The notes beneath the pieces are model-generated. The model was not told where the DNA came from, made no database searches, and saw nothing but the letters and a program-made list of their open reading frames with translations. Below are positions 59,853-64,000 of a DNA stretch of 64,000 nt, in pieces. Where the stretch lies: assembly GCA_037443785.1 (NCBI GenBank), contig JBBINR010000013.1:9525-73524 (forward strand), written 5' to 3'. Numbering within the stretch: the stretch's first letter is position 1; every line of letters starts with the position of its first letter. The stretch is from Ignavibacteriales bacterium (GTDB lineage Bacteria > Bacteroidota > Ignavibacteria > UBA10030 > UBA8401). The position numbers and the translations under genes were made by a program.

Positions 59853-60848
59853 ATGATTAATTACATCGAAAAATTCAAAGAGACGATTAATTCCAAACAC
59901 AATTTTGTCATCACAACACACGTTAATCCCGATGGTGATGCGATTGGCAGCGAGACTGCACTCGCTCGTTTTCTTGCAGACATTGGTAAGAACGTCACAA
60001 TTATCAATCAAAGCATAACTCCCGATCATCTTCAGTTCTTAGCAGAAATATTTCCTGTTCATACATATGATTCACATTTGAACAAAAAGATTACCGGATG
60101 TGACTGCTTTATTGTTGTCGATACAAATTCACCGAAACGGTTCAATGCGTTCGCCGACGTAGTTCACAATAGCCCTTCTTACAAAGTATGTATCGATCAT
60201 CATCTTGAACAAGAACCGTTTGCCGATCTTTATATCATTGATACAGATGTTCCGGCGACGTGTGAATTGTTATATAAAATTTTCCGCACCATCGATCCAC
60301 ATTCTATTACGAAACCAATTGCCGACGCATTATATGCAGGGATTATGACCGACACGGCGTCATTCAGGTTTCCAAAAACCGATTCAGAAACACACCAGAT
60401 TGTTGCCGAACTTATCGCAAAAGGAGTTAATCCATACTCAATCTATCAACAGGTTTTTGAGAATGGCGCACTCAATAAACTCTGGCTTCTCGGACGAGCA
60501 CTTGAATCAATTCAACTTCATTATGACGGACAAGTTGCAGCAATGCTTCTTCCCCGTTCGGTGTTTGAAGAGACCCAAACAACTGAGGCTGATGTGGATA
60601 ATTTTACGAGTTATGTACTTTCAGTAAAAAATGTGAAGATCGGTTTAGTGTTTGTAGAATTATCCGATGGAATTAAAGTGAGTTTTCGATCGAAAGGAAA
60701 TATCCCTGTCAACGAATTGGCAAAACAATTTAACGGCGGCGGGCACAAAAATGCTTCTGGAGCAAGATTAAAAAATGTTTCCATGCTTGATGCCATTTCA
60801 AGAGTTTTAAAAGCAGCACAACCATATATCCAACCAAAGGAACTGTAA
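59853..60848 (+). CDS. nrnA: DHH-family phosphoesterase NrnA (oligoribonuclease / pAp phosphatase)
   Basis: The start is placed at the ATG at 59853 (MINYIEKF). The ORF-track start at 59820 is a TTG inside the upstream terminator. Motifs HVNPDGDAIGSE (DHH) and GGGH (DHHA1) are present. Confidence 0.85.
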   Translation: MINYIEKFKETINSKHNFVITTHVNPDGDAIGSETALARFLADIGKNVTIINQSITPDHLQFLAEIFPVHTYDSHLNKKITGCDCFIVVDTNSPKRFNAFADVVHNSPSYKVCIDHHLEQEPFADLYIIDTDVPATCELLYKIFRTIDPHSITKPIADALYAGIMTDTASFRFPKTDSETHQIVAELIAKGVNPYSIYQQVFENGALNKLWLLGRALESIQLHYDGQVAAMLLPRSVFEETQTTEADVDNFTSYVLSVKNVKIGLVFVELSDGIKVSFRSKGNIPVNELAKQFNGGGHKNASGARLKNVSMLDAISRVLKAAQPYIQPKEL

Positions 60849-62320
60849 TGAACGTAACATCGCGTGTCGCTTCCCTTTCATCGTTATCAACTGATCTTAT
60901 CGCATTTTATGTTTTTCAAGATGAGAAATTATTCAAATCAACGATTTCGAATTCAGGAATCAAAGCTGTAAAAGATTTTTCAGGAAAAGAAGGTGAATCC
61001 GTTCTTTTGTACTCAGAAAAGAGCAATTCATCACGATATTATTTCGTCGGACTCGGAGAATCGAAAAAATTCACATTTGAAAAATTACGACGAGCATCAG
61101 CTTCGATTGCCAAAAAAGGCAAGTCGCTAAAGATTGGCTCGATAGCAATCCAGTACCCCGATCTTGAAAATATTTTATCTGCCTCAACAAGTGATATCGC
61201 AGTAGCGATCACCGAAGGATGTCTGCTTTCTGTTTATCAATTCGACAAATATTTCACGACGAAAAAAGAAAAGAATACCGTAAAATCAGTTTCTCTTTTT
61301 TTATCTGACAAAAGAATATTAAAAGAAGTTCAATCGGGAATTGAACGAGGAATTGCTTTATCGGATGGAACAATTCACGCCCGCGATCTCACGAACGCAC
61401 CAAGCAATGAAATTTATCCTGCAACGTTAGCAAAAGATGCACAACAACTTGCACGGAAATTGAAATTTTCCGCAACGGTATTTGATAAAAAGAAAATTCA
61501 ATCATTGGGAATGGGTGGAATTATCGGCGTCAGCAAAGGAAGTGCGTACGATCCGCGATTGATTGTTCTTGAATACGGAAAGCAATTTAAAAAATTTGGA
61601 ACTGTGGCACTCGTCGGGAAAGGTGTTACGTTCGATACTGGTGGCATTTCGATAAAGCCGTCTGCGGGAATGGCGGAAATGAAAATGGATATGGGAGGCG
61701 CGGCGGCAGTCATTGGCGCTTTCCATTCGATAGCTTCAATGAAATTACGTCGGCACGTCGTCGGAATTATCCCAAGCGTTGAAAATATGCCAAGCGGCTC
61801 TGCAATAAAACCAGGAGATGTCATTCGCCACTTCAACGGAAAAACTTCGGAAGTTGATAACACCGACGCTGAAGGACGCCTTATTCTTGCGGATGCGCTT
61901 TCTTACGCATCAAAATTCAATCCTGATGTTGTCATTGACCTTGCAACACTTACCGGTGCTTGCGTGGTTGCACTCGGCCATCATGCAACAGGAATGATGG
62001 GCAACGATCAAGCAACAATGGACTCTCTGAAACTTGCCGGAGAAAAAACATACGAGCGCGTGTGGCAGCTTCCTCTTTTTGAAGAGTATGAAAAACAAAT
62101 TAAAAGCGACATCGCCGATGTAAAGAATGTCGGCGGACGATGGGCCGGAGCGATCACTGCAGGATTATTCCTGAAAAATTTTATCGGTGATTACAAATGG
62201 GTTCACCTTGATATTGCCGGGACGGCAATTCTTGAAGAAAATCAGGATTATGCTCCTCGTGGAGGTTCGGGTGTTGGCGCGCGCCTATTGACTAATTTTT
62301 TAGAGAACTGGAAGAAATAA
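60848..62320 (+). CDS. pepA: leucyl aminopeptidase (M17)
   Basis: 490 aa; NTDAEGRL and VGKGVTFDTGG motifs. Confidence 0.9.
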   Translation: MNVTSRVASLSSLSTDLIAFYVFQDEKLFKSTISNSGIKAVKDFSGKEGESVLLYSEKSNSSRYYFVGLGESKKFTFEKLRRASASIAKKGKSLKIGSIAIQYPDLENILSASTSDIAVAITEGCLLSVYQFDKYFTTKKEKNTVKSVSLFLSDKRILKEVQSGIERGIALSDGTIHARDLTNAPSNEIYPATLAKDAQQLARKLKFSATVFDKKKIQSLGMGGIIGVSKGSAYDPRLIVLEYGKQFKKFGTVALVGKGVTFDTGGISIKPSAGMAEMKMDMGGAAAVIGAFHSIASMKLRRHVVGIIPSVENMPSGSAIKPGDVIRHFNGKTSEVDNTDAEGRLILADALSYASKFNPDVVIDLATLTGACVVALGHHATGMMGNDQATMDSLKLAGEKTYERVWQLPLFEEYEKQIKSDIADVKNVGGRWAGAITAGLFLKNFIGDYKWVHLDIAGTAILEENQDYAPRGGSGVGARLLTNFLENWKK

Positions 62321-62358
62321 TCTACAAATACTTCGCGCCTTTGCGGGAGAGAGCCTAA

Positions 62359-62769
62359 ATGCATTACTCAAAATTTGAATCCGAATTACTAATTCGTCCA
62401 GACGATATTGATATGAACAATCATGTTCATAATTCAAAATATTTTGATTATGTCCTTGCAGCGCGGTATGATCAAATGGAACGATGTTACGGAATGTCAA
62501 TGGAGGAATTTATCAAACGTGGATTCGGTTGGGTCGTCAGCGCTTGCACAATGCACTTTAAACGTCCAATGAAACTTGGAGATATCGCAATTGTAAAAAC
62601 TCAGATCCATGACGTACGAACTAATGGCGTAAACGTATTGTTTGAAATACTAAGAAAAGAAACAGGAAAAATCTGCGTCGACGGAATGTTTGAGTATACA
62701 ATGATTGACCTTGCCTCGCAACGCGCTGGAAAAATTCCTGATGATGTTATAAAAAAATACAGTATTTAG
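62359..62769 (+). CDS. hotdog-fold acyl-CoA thioesterase (YbgC/4HBT-like)
   Basis: 136 aa; RPDDIDMNNHVHNSKYFDY N-terminal motif. Confidence 0.75.
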   Translation: MHYSKFESELLIRPDDIDMNNHVHNSKYFDYVLAARYDQMERCYGMSMEEFIKRGFGWVVSACTMHFKRPMKLGDIAIVKTQIHDVRTNGVNVLFEILRKETGKICVDGMFEYTMIDLASQRAGKIPDDVIKKYSI

Positions 62770-62791
62770 CTATGTATAAGGAGGATCCACC

Positions 62792-63358
62792 ATGAATAAA
62801 CATCTTTTCATGATTGTGCTGTTCGCGCTAACTTCCCTTTCACTCGCTGCTACACCTGATAAAATCGAGAACTTTTCTTTAAATGATTTCAATGGCAAGA
62901 AAGTATCCCTTTCAGATTTCAAAGAATCAAAAGCAATTGTGTTAATGTTTATTGCAACTCAGTGTCCTGTTTCGAATGCATATAACGAACGGTACGTTAA
63001 ATTATACGCGGATTATAACGATAAAAGGATTTCATTTGTGGCAATTAATTCCAACAAAGCAGAATCTGTTGACGAAATTAAATCTCATGCCGTTGAACAC
63101 GGTTTTCAATTCCCAATTTTAAAAGATGTCGATAATATTATTGCCGATAAACTTGATGCAGAGCGGACACCAGAAATCTTTGTCATTAATCCGTCAACAA
63201 TGCAGGTTTTGTATCATGGAAGAATCGATGATTCACCCCGGGAATCAAAAATTACATCACGGAATTTGCGACGGGCACTCGATGAAATTTTGGATGGAAA
63301 AGATGTTTCGGTAAAAGAAACAAAAGCTTTTGGATGCACGATTAAACGGATAAATTAA
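62792..63358 (+). CDS. secreted thioredoxin-fold (redoxin/TlpA-like) protein with a CxxS motif
   Basis: 188 aa; signal peptide; ATQCPVSN active-site region (a single Cys). Confidence 0.65.
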   Translation: MNKHLFMIVLFALTSLSLAATPDKIENFSLNDFNGKKVSLSDFKESKAIVLMFIATQCPVSNAYNERYVKLYADYNDKRISFVAINSNKAESVDEIKSHAVEHGFQFPILKDVDNIIADKLDAERTPEIFVINPSTMQVLYHGRIDDSPRESKITSRNLRRALDEILDGKDVSVKETKAFGCTIKRIN

Positions 63359-63861
63359 TGCGTTCATATATTTTTATCTCCCTTTTGTGCTCCACTCTGA
63401 TGGCTCAAGAAAGCAAACTTAGTGTTCTGCCAATCAAACAGGAACAACTGGAAGAAATTATTTCTCACCGAAATGGAAACGTTCTTTTTCTCAACGTGTG
63501 GGCAACATGGTGCACGCCGTGCGTTGAAGAATTTCCTGATATCGTAAAACTTGCAGATGAATATCAGAGAAAAAACACCGCAGTTGAATTTATTGCCGTG
63601 AGCGCTGATTATCCTGATGAAATCGATTCTCTCATTCTTCCATTTCTCAAAAAATTTCCTAACATCTCCTTCAAAGTCTTTGTCGCCGATTTTAATTCGA
63701 TGGATGAATTTATTTCTTCTATCGATCAAGAATGGACTGGAGCAGTACCGGCAACCTTTCTTTTTTCTTCTGAGGGAAAAAGAACGAACTTGATGATTGG
63801 TCAGCATTCATATGATCAATTCAAAACTGAGATAGAAAAAATTTTACATTCCTCTAAATAA
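63358..63861 (+). CDS. TlpA/ResA-family thiol:disulfide oxidoreductase
   Basis: 167 aa; signal peptide; WATWCTPCVEEFP (WCxxC) thioredoxin active site. Confidence 0.8.
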   Translation: MRSYIFISLLCSTLMAQESKLSVLPIKQEQLEEIISHRNGNVLFLNVWATWCTPCVEEFPDIVKLADEYQRKNTAVEFIAVSADYPDEIDSLILPFLKKFPNISFKVFVADFNSMDEFISSIDQEWTGAVPATFLFSSEGKRTNLMIGQHSYDQFKTEIEKILHSSK

Positions 63862-64000
63862 TGATAACGTTCCTTCCTCTTGGCGGTGCAAATGATATCG
63901 GTGCGTCGTGTTATTACCTGAACATTGAAGGCACAGGGATTATTCTTGATTGCGGCACACACCCACGCAAAAAAGGAGCCGATTCTCTCCCTCAATTCAA
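63862..64000 (+). CDS. MBL-fold metallo-hydrolase (beta-CASP RNase-like), N-terminal fragment cut off by the window end
   Basis: An ATG immediately after the previous stop codon; MITFLPLGGANDIGASCYYLNIEGTGIILDCGTHP is the typical N-terminus of RNA-metabolising metallo-beta-lactamases. Confidence 0.6.

Overview
This is a 64 kb chromosomal window from what looks like an FCB-group bacterium (Bacteroidota/Ignavibacteriota-like). The phylum call is an inference from T9SS C-terminal sorting domains, BshA, a futalosine-type menaquinone cluster and 2-oxoacid:ferredoxin oxidoreductase. Coding density is about 90% on both strands. Housekeeping content: the end of a 3-hydroxyacyl-CoA dehydrogenase gene, ackA, pcrA, ogt, a DPP4-like S9 peptidase, an ABC-F ATPase, acs, dusB, ychF, an arg operon (argC-J-B-F-R-G), korAB, nrnA and pepA, plus a CcdA/TlpA thiol-redox cluster. 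Six things deserve a second look. (1) 33.5-37.4 kb: a menaquinone (futalosine pathway) operon containing an apparent MqnE-MqnA fusion and an embedded TIR-like (COG4271/PF10137-type) protein of unknown role. (2) 15.7-24.0 kb: a propeller-sensor histidine kinase plus NarL-type regulator, directly upstream of two tandem paralogous BNR/Asp-box beta-propeller T9SS substrates that share a conserved palindromic upstream element. (3) 54.4-55.9 kb: an orphan sensor kinase whose periplasmic domain carries a CxxCH c-heme motif and whose phospho-acceptor His is replaced by Gln. (4) 44.9-48.5 kb: a visibly AT-rich accessory island with a basic hypothetical protein, a DUF3800 protein and an IS1595-family transposase, inserted just upstream of argC. 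(5) 12.1-13.5 kb: an outer-membrane protein gene split by a frameshift inside a G8 homopolymer. (6) A GC-rich hairpin with a CCCC loop that occurs twice with a compensatory stem mutation. No rRNA, tRNA or CRISPR was recognised.
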